From Bugula neritina (lineage: Eukaryota; Animalia; Bryozoa), in contig OZ037766.1 in NCBI GenBank assembly GCA_964035545.1, forward strand, positions 25,904,339-25,968,338: a stretch of DNA of 64,000 nucleotides, written 5' to 3'. A program made the position numbers and the translations under genes. The number at the start of each line of letters is the position of its first letter. Position 1 is the first letter of the stretch. Below are positions 40,583-54,100 of the stretch, in pieces. The notes beneath the pieces are model-generated. The model saw only the letters and a program-made list of their open reading frames with translations. It ran no database searches and was not told where the DNA came from.

Positions 40583-43207
40583 ATGACAACTCCAGCAAGG
40601 CGTCGTCTAATGAGAGATTTCAAAAGGTGGGCTATATGATGTTCTCTGTTACAGATCATTTTTTGTTTTTTAGTAATAAATATCTTTTGTTAGTTTATGT
40701 ACATCTTGTGGAACATTTACTAATTTAACTTTGTTTGTGACTGTGTTATCCTTAGTTAAATTCCGTTAGCCGTACTAATTAATTAACTAGATACTCTCAC
40801 TAAGTGTGTTTTATTGTACTAGCTATTTGAACAGTTTTCAAATAAGGACTATATTGTAGCTTTAGTTTCAAACTCATAAACTTGGTGTGTTTTAGGCTGC
40901 AAGAAGATCCTCCCGCAGGTGTAAGTGGTGCTCCAACAGATAATAATATTATGTTATGGAATGCTGTAATATTTGGGTAAGTATTCTTAAAATATATAAA
41001 TTTAATGAAAAATCAAGGCAGAGTGTGTGTAGTGAAAATTAATTTAGGGCATTAACTAAGACTGGACTAATGTTGGCCATATCAGAGAGAATATGTCCAT
41101 GTATACCTTTAGTTTATTGAGAAGGTATTATGTGTTATTTAGAGCGTACATCTACGTTCTGCATAACACGGGATATCATTTCAGGATTGGTATAGCAGTT
41201 TTGTAAACGTTTTTGAGTATTGAGAATGAAATTAATTACATTCGGGTGTTTTCTGCGCAGTTGTGTTTGTGTTGCGGGTGTGGACTGTGTCCTGTACTGT
41301 TGAGTTGGTGTTGCGGGCTGTGTTCTGACGTACCCGCCTTTTCTTTCACTCTAGTCCTCAGGATACTCCATTTGAAGACGGCACATTTAAGCTGACAGTG
41401 GAGTTTACAGAAGACTATCCAAATAAACCTCCTCAAGTTAGATTTATTTCTAAAATGTTTCACCCAAATGGTGAGTCACACCAAGCTAGTATGTTGTATA
41501 GGAAACCTTGTAGAAATGTGTTAGATTGCACAATACTTTAACAGCTTTTTAAACACAGTGAATTTGCTCCAATTTTTACTTGCAAATGCACTAATTTTCT
41601 ATTGGTATTATACCATTTGGCTGTATCAATGACTTTATCAATAGGAACCATTAAATCAATTGATGTGAATAATATGGCTGTATGCACTCTTTCTACCGAT
41701 TGGAACAGGTTTTTCTATCATTAGCAAAGGAGATTTTTTTGTACTATAAACCAGTATCAGCAATTGTGACTGCAAACAGTCACAATTTGTAAACATCTCT
41801 TTTAACCTATTACTTAAGCTAGGTTCAACTTTAACAAATTTTATTCAATTATTTTACTAGATCATAGGTAGATATATATGATCTTATTAGCTTAATAGCT
41901 AAATCTTATAATAATTTATATACAGTCTTATTAAATTATTTATAGATCATTAGGTCTGTTATTTCAGATAATTACCAAGCATCTTGAATCCATATTATTT
42001 CTCTGTAAACTAAGGCATGAAAATGTTTAAAGTAAATTAATAGGTATTTTCATGTTGCAACGTGTTAAGCATAAACTTATGCATCTCATAATTATTTAAA
42101 CTGCAATCAGTTTAATGTTTTCAGATATTTATAAAAGTTTTGCAACTCTGAAATTTCTGTGTCTAATGAATTTAATTTAACAAAAATTGAAGCAGTATGA
42201 GCAGAGGGAAAAAATTCAGAGCAGTAGCTAAAACTTAGATCATGTTGACTACGTTTGTTTATGCTAGGAGGCAATGAGTGCTGTTTATCTTTACTGCTAG
42301 TTAAAGTACATATTTATTTAGAGTTGTCTTTTTGAGTGGAGCAAACTCCCAATGAATAGACGATAGAGTATAGGCACATGTGGTTTTGTATTCTGTGTAA
42401 CCAGAATGAGCATTCAATGGAAAATAGTGACTATAAACATGGTGAACAATTAGTTGCCGGGACTTTTGGTCTGCCTCTTACTAGATGCTTTTGATATTTT
42501 AGTGTATGCGGACGGGAGCATATGTTTAGATATTCTACAGAATAGATGGTCTCCCACATATGATGTCTCAGCTATATTAACGTCTATACAGGTATTTGAT
42601 TCCTGGACACAACTTCATCAACTCTGTTGTAGTGCTAGCGATCTGACTGTCAGTTACTGACACTAGCTTAGCCTCACTCTCTTATTACTCAGTTACTCAC
42701 AATCACTAACTCACTCTCACTACTCAGTCACTGACACTCAATAACTTACTCTCACTTTACTTAGTCACTGACACTCAATAACTCACTCTCACTCTACTCA
42801 ATCACTGACAATTACTAAGTCACTCTCACCTTATTATTTCTCACTTGCTGACAGTCACTAACTCTCTCACTCTACTCAGCTACTAATACTCACTTACTGA
42901 GTCTCACTCTCTCACTACTTAGTTTTACTCCTATTTTTGTTTCATTTGTTGAAATGTTCAGGTTGCAATGAGATCATTCACATAGAGTGTTTGACTCACT
43001 GCATAACATATAATAGTTACGTCTGCTTGCTTGCAGTCTTTGCTGCACGATCCAAACCCCAATTCACCAGCAAATAATGAAGCAGCACAGCTGTTCCGGG
43101 AGAATCGGAGAGAGTATGACCGGCGAGTCGCCAACATAGTGACGGAGAGTTGGAAGGACGAAGATGACGACGATGAAGATATGGAAAATGAAAAGTCGGA
43201 AAAATAA
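40583..43207 (+). CDS. UBE2A: Ubiquitin-conjugating enzyme E2 A/B (Rad6), 166 aa
   Basis: Exons 40583-40626, 40896-40976, 41355-41470, 42503-42591, 43037-43207 (501 nt). [28 protein letters not shown]...[47 protein letters not shown] is the Rad6 signature, with HPN motif and catalytic Cys. Confidence 0.98.
42665..42920. repeat. Degenerate ACTC-rich minisatellite
   Basis: Repeated actcactctcactctactcagtcactgac units in UBE2A intron 4. Confidence 0.8.
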
Positions 43208-45589
43208 TATCACAGCTGCCTTTACTTATCTAATAACACATTGTGGTGAGTAATTATTTTATAGAGTATGTAATTTTCTATAGCATTGACCTGGTGGCCC
43301 GTATAACTTATAATTAGTAATTACAGGCAGTCACTGTTTTTGATGAATAAGAAAGTAATGTAATGACAGTTGATTATTCTTCCATAAGTATATTCTATGT
43401 TTAAACCGTTATTCATACCACCAAATATCTTGACTGCATGTCTTTTTAATGTGACTTCTGCCTAGATCAGTAAAGTTAAAAGTTATACAAAGCATAGTAA
43501 TTAACTAAGTAGAACACCCGCACATTTAAGCAAGCATTTAATGTCCAACTTTCAATTTAAAAGCCACACCCTTTTCTATGTCTGCACTTTTGTGATGTAA
43601 TAGAGAAGAACTTTAGTCTTGCATGTTTTCTAATGGTGCCACCATGTTAATTACATCCTGGCCTTCACACTTGATGATACTGTATAGTGCAGAATGCAAA
43701 GTGATGTCATATAATGGATGAGTCATCTCATAAAAATATCCAATTTACTGTGTTCTAATGGAGGTGAATTCTATACCAACTTGCAATAATTGTACATTTA
43801 TACTCCAGGCTGCAATCTAATTAATGCAGAAAATGATTTTGATAGAAACATTGAATTATTTATTTTAAATTCTCTTGCAAAAGGTTGCCAGCCTGTAAAA
43901 TAGCTTCATAACTAAGCACATGCTGTTACATACAAAGGAGAATGCCACGGCTATGTAGCCGTAGTTTCCAATGAGGAGTTGCCTCACCTTCTCAAACATG
44001 CTCCTAGAATCCCTTATCTTATATCTTTCAGCTTGATATCTAGTCTTCAGTTACTGATTCACTTGAATGTAATTTTTGTTGATGTTTATTTGCAGCCCTC
44101 ACCTGACAAGCTTAACTCTATCTCACCTGCTAACAACCTGATATATTCTACAGCTCAGACGTTATACAAATAGGCTTTCACCGTAGAGGTTTACCTGGAG
44201 TTGTTATGTAGAAGATTTATATTACAGCTATTATAATAAACGTTCTTGATGTCTGCTAGTTGTCTAAGATTGTATATTTTTAGTTCCAAGTCAATAAACA
44301 TTGTAACAGCTTCTTTGTTACTCGTTGCTATGACTACAGCTGGCAGATTCTGAACATTTGTGAATAACTCGCTGTCTCATTATTATAGCTTATCAAATGT
44401 ATACATAAACTAAGGAAATTATCATATCGTTCTCTGTTTTCACTGCATATAGTTTACCAACCATAAATATTGAGGTGTGTCTCCAACCTAGTGGAATGGA
44501 GAATTACTTTGTGCAAAATTATTCTATAGTTTTCATATGTAGGCAACAGGAAGTTTTAAAGGTATCTACTGTAGGTGATTTTGTTTAAAAATTGTAAGGC
44601 TATGATTAGTTTGATTTATGTTATCATGTTCAGCATGTTTAATTATGTTTGCTAAAAAAAATAAATAGCTGTTGTCTAATTCATTCAATCTTAGTTTTTT
44701 TTACACGGAACATGTTTTACTGTAAATAAACATCCAAAAAGAACAGCTTCTTGATGAGCTGCATTTATTCTTATTATTTTGAAAATGCAATGTTCATCAT
44801 TAGGTAGTTTTTAGTGATGGAAACTCAGTTTGAAATACTGAGCATAAGTTCATTATAACTCTGAAAACTTTCAATTCCACAGCATTAGTTACAGTATTTA
44901 ATTACAACAAATGGATACTATTACAACAGCTACTATATAACAGCATAATGAGCATATGGTATTACTACTGAATCAAAGTATATTATATAGTAATTATAGT
45001 TGCAGGTTGCAACAGTGGCAATTGATTTTAGTCTATTTAAATTATTGTCGTCATTACACGGCTGATAAATATTTTGGAGTGATTATACTTTAGAACTGTG
45101 TTAGAAACAGGTTCTATATTGCAGCAAACCTACCAAGCACATAAATTTGAAAAGATAGACATGTATTTGAACACATATAATTGTAGTTTTAGTTGGAATT
45201 TTCTATAATGATAAACATGATAAATGATTGTGTTTCCACGAGTAGTTTGACTTGCAAGTTTAGAAACCCACTGAACTTGATAAATCATATTTCATGCAGT
45301 ACAAAAAATTGCTGCACTTTTTCTAGCCAACAATTATATATTTTAAGCTAGTTTATGTAAAGTACTCGCAGATCAGTTGAAATTTATACTGCATAAAGCT
45401 TTAGTGTAGCACCTTTAGATATTATGCTGTTGCATACAATAGTTTCATTATTTTTGCTTGAAGAATTTCCACAGTAATGGTTTAAGTTTTAACCACGATT
45501 TATGTTTTGCAAAAAATGTTTTGTAAAAAATGCATGCGTGTGGTTTTTAGTTTTTTTAGAGTTATGCTTTCTTCCGAATAGTTATCATA

Positions 45590-45883
45590 ACTTTAGTATG
45601 TTAATAAAAGAATCAACATCGACAAGCTATTATATTCCTACCGATACTAGTGAAATACAACCGATGAAAGTCCTCCGTTACTACGTTTCCGGCTATAGTA
45701 CAACTACAATAACAGTCTGATACTATCACTACCATATTCATACTTCATAGTCTACGAGTTGCCCAAGTCGTCTAGCTCTTGCTCTCCCTCTGGTTTGTCT
45801 TTAAAACTTGAAGTCCTGCCTACAAATCGTTTTCTCAATTATGCCAGCATTCACACTGTAGTGTCTAGGTCTACTGCTTTCGG
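45590..45883 (+). promoter_or_regulatory. Inferred promoter / first non-coding exon of SH3RF
   Basis: CpG-containing patch ending in a donor-like CGG|GTAATA, followed by a hexamer-drift zone. Confidence 0.5.
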
Positions 45884-48122
45884 GTAATAATTTTAATTAT
45901 AATAATTTAACATAATCTAAAAGTAAAACTAAAACTAAAAGTAATTCAAATTGTTAAATCATATTCATATTGATTTTCATTTTGTGATACTCATACTGAT
46001 AGTGATTGTCATTGTAATTGTGATTATAATTAATATAAGTACCAAAGTAGAATATAAATGATAAATATTAATTATTATGATTGCCATTACATTTAATAAA
46101 AGTGATTTAATCATAGTGTAACACTGATTTGTCATTAGTGTAACACTGATTAGTGGTAATTATTATTTACTTTAGTTTTACAATAAGTATAACAACCATT
46201 GTGATTGTTTTTTTGCTATGCAGATGCCTATAGTAATTATTATTAAGTAATACTAATACTAATAGTTATACCTAATATTGTAGAGTGTAGACTATCACTG
46301 TATTGTTAGTAACACTAACAGTACTACTAATACTAATAGTAATAGTTATAAGTTAAACTTGACCTAAAGTATTACTATTAGTATAGTCATAGTGATAGTC
46401 TGTAGTGTTTCTGTTTGTATAGTTGAACTCACTGTATACTAAAAGTAATGGAATAAAATTGAGTAATACTAATAAACAATAGTAATACTAATAGTTTACC
46501 AATATTAGGCTAATAGTGTTGTTAACACTAATAGTGATAGTAATACTATTACTTGCAGCCATACTGATCCTGTAAGTCAAATAGTTTTACAATTACTCTG
46601 GTCAGTTATGTGCAAATATGAGCATACTAATAGTTACTTCTATAAGTATTAGTATAAAATTAATCTTGACTAATACTATTCATATCGGCATTGCTAATGG
46701 TATAATTTATTAGTATTACCATCATTCTTGGTATTAGTATTAGTATTACTATTAGTATTACTATTAGTAATATTTTTGTCAACATCAAGTGTTCAACTTT
46801 AGGTATAGCCTATAGTCTATACTAATAGCAATACTGATACTGGTGTCAATGTAATACAACTAATGGGCTTTAAGTATTCTTTCACATTAATCACTAATGA
46901 CTAAGAGAAGATTAGACTCATATCTAATATTAACTGTACTAATCTAATCACTAATGACATTGACCAATACTGTAATAGTTGTACTTGCAGTAATAGTAAT
47001 GTTTTAATGAATAAACTATGATTGTAATTTCTATTTAATAATCTTATTAATAATTTTAAATGTTAATGCCCCACTTAGTTTGACATTTGCATATCATTGA
47101 TTTTAAATATCAATAGGTTATAATTTATAATTATCATCAAGTATTGCAAAAACTAATACTTACCACTTACCAGTAATTTACTGTGATTGACCTATTAGCC
47201 TATAATACATATCAAAGAGTTGATGTTAAACTTTAAGTTTAGTAAATACTATTAACTAGTTTTTTGTTGAGTCTAAATTTATAATACTGAGTTATTACTA
47301 TTGCGATTGTTATTATTCCTTTATGATTATCATTATGTTAATATAAATTTTAAATACAAATGAAGCTCACAATTTTGCTCTGTTGTCCCATAAAGTTTAT
47401 TTTCTAATTCCTGTATCTTCATGTTAGCTTATAAAGTTGTAGAAAGTGCTCAATTGCAGGAGATCTTTAGTATAGAAGTCACTAGTAGGGATTGTTATGA
47501 AGCTAATACATTATATTCTTGCCATGTACATACATACTGATGATAATGATAGTTATTTGGAATTTATCAATTTAGGACTGAATTTAACCAAAAAATTGGG
47601 GTGTTTATTTTTTGTGTTTTATTACTCAGTACTCCGTAACTTACTAATTTGAATTTTTATGTAGTATCAGTTAATTACCTGTACAGCTGTTATAAACATC
47701 TAATAACTTGAGCCAGGCCAACAAGGTAATTTATATTGCTGCACCATTATTTCATGTACAAGTGCTCTTTTACAGTAATCTTATCAACAGTTAATGAGCA
47801 CATGTGGCCCTTTTGTGATATACATTTTGATACCCATATTGTGACATGTTGACACAAATGATCATAACTCTGTGTTTTTAATTTAATTTGTATGACAGCT
47901 GACAACATAATAGATAATTTTGAATACCACTGGTACCAAAATTGTAATGAAACCAATTAATCTAATAAATATTAACAATGGAATTTATTAAGGGTACTTA
48001 GTAAACAATAAATCTAATTACTTTTGACAAAAATTGATTGCATCTACACAAATTTTGTAAAAAAAGAATGAAAGTGATGAGGCTATGTATATATAATTGA
48101 CAGAGCACAGCTGTAGGTAGAT

Positions 48123-51100
48123 ATGGATGTACTATCAGAGGTGATTGAGTGTTCAGTATGTCTGGAAAGGATGGATACGAAGAGCAGAGTGCTGCCATGT
48201 CAGCATACCTTCTGTATAGACTGTCTGCATAGGATCTCACTGCAAAATAAGGTAACTTCTAAGCCACTGATTCACTGGGAACTGCAAGTGTAACAATACT
48301 ATGAAGCAAAGCCTGTACAGTGTAGCCTAATCTATAACTCAGTACACCAGTATTGTATATCTCTAACGATTCATGATATACTATAGATAACAGGTATACC
48401 TTTCACTTACCAGAATGTAGTATTTTGTTGCTAAATTTTGCAAGTCAATTTAAATATATAATGCCAAGTTATTTTTTTAAATAATGCTTTTTTTACAAAT
48501 TTTATATTATTGGAATTTACTAAAAAAGACTGTAGTTAACCTGATAGCATTGAAGGAAGTGATGCTTAAATATCTAGGCATGGGTTTATCTTTAGCAGAT
48601 GTAGACTGAAAGATGTAGAAAGAATAGAAATTTAGATTTTACTTATTTTGGAAATGCAATTTATGGAAAGTCAGAATCTTGATAAGTTTGTTTTTGAGTT
48701 GATAAATATATTATTATGACTATTTCCTTTCTTGCAATAACCTCAGAAACACCCCTGGAGGGTGGGAGGAGGTAGTGAAGCACACTTGCTACTAGTATGG
48801 CCTTCTTGGGTGGTCTCCAATTCTACATGCAGCTTGTTAATTTTAAGCAATAGTACTGGCTAGAAATACATGATATACTTCATGCATGAAGGCATACAGT
48901 AGATGTTATTCTGATATTTTATTGGACATCGTGCAGGCTTGTATTCGTCTTAGCTACATGAACTAGTTGTAACATATAACATATACAAGTCTATTGTGAT
49001 GTGTTCTTACTGCCCTGCAAGGATTGATCGCAGATTTGTCAGTAGTTATCAAATGTCAGTAGTTGATCTAATTGACTGCTCTTATTAGATTAGTTGAGTT
49101 GAATCAAGGCTGCCATTTCTAAGACATGCGTGGCCATTCAGTTCACTTGAGTTGTAGTAACTTTGTTAGTGATGTGTAATGTGTTTGACCAATGAGGAGC
49201 ATAGCTAGTGCTCGGCCTTGCGTAGGTGAGGTGTAGATGGGTGTAAAGTTTGAGAATATGAAGTCAAAATGGAAGGTCAAATATAAAGCAGAGGCTTAAA
49301 CACATTTGCACACCTGATTTTATGGCAAATGTTTGGTCAAATATAGTAAAGAGTTGACCAGAGTTTAGTCTATAAAGGGAAATAGAAGGATTCAAAGATT
49401 TGAACAGCAAGGCAATTAATTTTGACTAATTAGATTATATCTCAATATATTTATTACCCACTATTTATTGATTTACTGATAGCAATCCATTATTTATGTG
49501 TTGGAAGACAATTAATTGTTAATCTTCTTGTTAGTTTTTCTGACATAATTATTAGGCTAAGGTTCACTCAACCTATTCAGTCTAATGCAGTGTGCACTGT
49601 AAGATTTTCATAATAAAATATTTAAAAACTGTTCAGGCAATAAAATATTGTCTCAATAGTACCCTTCCAGACAGCTTGTTGGTGTTTGGCATTTCTTATG
49701 TAGCAAAACTAAATTTTTGAGTTGATTTTGAATTTTTTTGTAAAATAGGGAACGTGACCTTACTAGGTCAATTAACTAGAAAGACTGTATATTTGTTCTG
49801 CTCACTATGCTGTATCATTTGACAGAACGAGCTGAAATGTCCGGAGTGCAGATGTATATGTACTATACCAGTGAGGGAGCTGCCACCCAACATACTGCTC
49901 ATTCGCCTTCTGGAGGGGCTCAAAACTGCTGGCAAGAGTGTGTCTACTAAGAGAGAAGTATGTAGTGTGTTCTACACTCTATTAACTCACTCTATACTAC
50001 TATAACTTCATACTATACTAACTCAGTCTATACTATCTCTAGTTAACTGCATACTACTCTAACTGCATACTACTCGACTCTATACTACTCTGACTCACTA
50101 AGACACCCTGTCAAGGTGCCCTTTGCCGACAGAAATTGTATACAGATATCTATCTTATTTCAACTCTGAATCATTAGCAAGCTGTAATAGTATACCTGTT
50201 AGCTGTTGCTGTGTGGTGGCACTTTATATTCTATTATTTCACACACTACTGATAATGTTACCCAGTAGTCTTAGTTCCGGAAACTAAGTAACATGAGTTA
50301 TTATTTCTTTGCTATGAAAGTGCAGTCTTGATTGACTGAGTGATTATATTTATTATGACCGAACTTGTAGTTACTGTTGGAAGCTGGCCGACCGTGTGCT
50401 GAGGCTATGTACAGTTATGAGGCAACACAGGAACCTGGGTGAGTATAGAGATGGACATATAACATTTAAAAAGTACCCTTTTTCTGGTAATTTAGCTGCA
50501 AGTATTAGATATAGGCTGCTAAAGTTCACAACAGAACACACACAACGCACACACACCCACATAACACACACATAACACACACAACACACGCACACTGCAC
50601 ACACACAACAGACACACACAACAGACACACAACAGACAATAGACACACACAACATAAAAACAATACTTTCAAACATTTTTTCTGTAAAAGTCCTGCCAAA
50701 AACATAAGTAGTATTGAAACCTGTTATCTACAAGCAGCTGTTACTGCCCTGACTGCGCAACACACACTAGCAGTGGTATCATGGGCAGGATGTTCCCAGG
50801 AAATTACAATTGCTGATTATTTTATTTCACCACATTGTTGCATTTATTTGAAAGGTTGAAATATAATTATAAAGAGACTATGACAACAATAGTTACTGTT
50901 TGGGATGTACAGCAAATTAGCATGCTAAGGTGTTTGGTAAATTATTATTAATTATACAGTAGAAAGTTGTTGTGAGTTTAGATACAGAGCCTCTACTTAG
51001 CTTGATGCTTTCTTAGTACAGGTTTAAATTTAAATCAACTTGTGCGGCATAAAAATGTATTATGTCATTCTCTGAATATACCAATATTGAGGTTTACCCT

Positions 51101-54100
51101 CTTTTCATGGAAAACATGGAAATCATCTGTTTTAAACACCTCCGTTCAGAAATTTCATGAAACACTGCAGATCTGATTGCAACTCAAGTCAATCAAAGCT
51201 TTTTGTGAGGATTTGTTGTTTGAACTGAAAGGTTGCAGTTGGCTGTCTGCCATAAGATACAATAGTGTAGTAATACTCTATACTCTATACTCTATAGTCT
51301 ATACAATGCATTGTATAGTTTAGTGTAGTAATAGGCAGCACCCTACTTTGTGTAGTGTAGTAATACAGGCGCCATGCATTGCGTAGTATAAGTAGTCCAC
51401 AATATCATACATTGTGTAGTTTAGTTTAGTAATACACAGTACAATATATTGTATGGTGTAGTGCAGTTGTACACATTACCATGCATTGTATAGTGTAGTG
51501 ACACATTTTTATGCACATTTATTACCACATAAAAGTGTGTAGTGAGAAGTTGTAGTAAATACATATAGTATAATGAAGACAAGTAATAAAGGTGTGTAGT
51601 GTAGTGCAGTATTGTGGTTTACATACTTTGGGGTCCTAAACTATTGATGAACAATACTAATAAGAATAATGCTACATTACACTCAGTCCCAGCTCCGGCT
51701 ATATTGTGTTGGTAGAGTTGGCAGTGCCTATATTAATAGCATGATTAACTGCTTAATTGAAAACAACAGCTGCTTTAAAGCAGCCCTTTGTCCTTGTCTG
51801 TTTTTACTGGACCATTCTTGAATAGCAGCCCGTGGCTAATGAATGATGGAGTGAATAATGCTGGGAATATGCTTCATTTGTTTGTCTTGTAAAATCTTAT
51901 TTTTGCTGCAATGGATGGGCCCATTTAGTGTTTATTGTGTGCTGTATACTTGCAATGCCTTGCTTTGTGCATCATCTGCTATAGTCTTTGTTGTTACTCA
52001 ACTGTTTCAGAGATCTAAAATTCCGAAGGGGTGATTTAATATACTTGAAAAAGAAGCTGGATGAAAACTGGTTTTATGGCGAGTTGAATGGAAGGAGTGG
52101 TTATTTACCAGCTACCTATGTCAAGGTGAATAACTTTTACCCCTGTTTACCCCTTATCCTCCCCTTTGTGGCTTTTACAACCCTTTTTTCCACTCACTCC
52201 ACTCTTTTGTTCATTCCCATCTCCAACTCTTTCTTCATGTCATGCCCCTCTCTACCCTTTTGTTTATGTCTGCCTCCACTCCTTTGTCTACCCCTATCTC
52301 CACTCCCTAATCTATTCACTCAATTATCATATTGAGGCAGATCAGCTGCAAGAGTATAATTATTTCTCTCAGAACTGTATGTTTCAACTCCTAACATATC
52401 TTTCTTTTCCTTTGTAGATGTTATATACTGTAGCTACTTATGTTATGTACTGTAGCTACTTATGTTATATAGCTAGCTTTGTGTGTTGTGCAGCTCACTT
52501 TTTTATGATGGACATTGTTTACCATCTGTTCTTCTTTTGTAGGTCATTTGTCCTTTCGATACCACACCTCCGACTAGACCCCTGTCTCTCGGCTCGTCTC
52601 CTAGCAACCTCTCAGCCAACCAATCAGAGACCCTAACAAGCTCTCCATCTCAAGCCATCAAGGTGACAGCTAAGGCTCTTTATGATTTCGAGATGAAAGA
52701 AGAAGAAAAGGAAGACTGTTTAAAGTTCAAAAAGGTAGATATAATAAATATTGTGTCCTGGTACATCAATCATTACAAGTTTTGGTTGGGCATTTATAAT
52801 AGTGTCATTCCAAATAGACGACCCCCAGTTAGATGGCCCCAAATATTGCTATCAGATATATGTGCAGATGATATTAAAATATATTTGACTACTTTAAACT
52901 TTGAAATTGAATGAATTAATGTAGAAAAATAGTTTAAAAACATTATTATATTTCAAAAAAATTAGGCATCTTATGGATATGGCTTCAGTAAACTGATAGA
53001 GAAATGGCTTCAATGAGTCATATTATGCATATGGCTTCTGTTAGACACCTGTGCACATAGATTCACTTGAAACCAAAATAAAATTAATGTAACTTAGTAT
53101 CAAATGTCATTAAATTTAATTTTTTTAATTCTTGATGTGTTTTAAATGAAGTCGTCTAAATGGAAGTTGTCCAGTTGGGGTTCGTCTAAGTGGAATATAT
53201 TGAAGGGCATCTAACTGGACTGAAACCTATATACTAACCATCCACATTTAATAAATATAAAAACTACTAAAAGCTAGATTTCAGAAAAGTCTAGAAAGAA
53301 AGAATTCTAGTGTAAGCTCTGCATTTTGTCCATCATGTTAACCTGTTTAGTGTTTATACAGCACAGTACTGCAGCTAGTGTGGAACAAGGTTGTAAAAAT
53401 AGCACCTGTTAGATGATAGCAATAAACTCAAGTATATTGTATCACTGCTTGCCATAACAAGTGATCCAATTTCAGGTGATGGAAGAAATTTATTTACACA
53501 ATTTAGGCTCTTCACGGCTGATTAGAAGCTCACAGGTGTTAGCATTTCAATTAGCTTGTCTCTTTATCTGCTTTCTTCATGTGCAAATCTAAACAGTTGA
53601 TATTTGCTTAAGATTTTACTGTCAGACTTTAGCTTTCTCAATCTCAAATCAGTGGGCTTTGAGTTTAGATGTGGAATTGAGACGAATGTGGTTTCTTATA
53701 GTCTGCTCAGCTTTATACACAAGTCTTTGATCAGCCAATCACATTGCTGAACCCCTCATTTTAGGTGATTGCTTGAGCCCCTTGCCTTATCTAAGTAATT
53801 GCTGCTTTGCCAGTGGCTACACCCTTAAATACACAACTTTTGTTAATATAATACAGATGACACTCTGATAAATTTTAATTCAGAATCTTATTCAGTATAA
53901 TGGAAGTTTACTTTTCTACAAGCTGCAGCAAAGTGCCTTCATATTGTTATAGTCATTGTATTCGGCAATATTTCAGACATTTTTGCAGAGTTGTCTGCCT
54001 CTAGTACACGGAAAATAACTCTTCGTTGTTTTGTATAGTCGTTGGCAAATAATTTTAAAGTATATGCTTTTAATTAGTGTCACCCACTGAGTTGTTTTAG

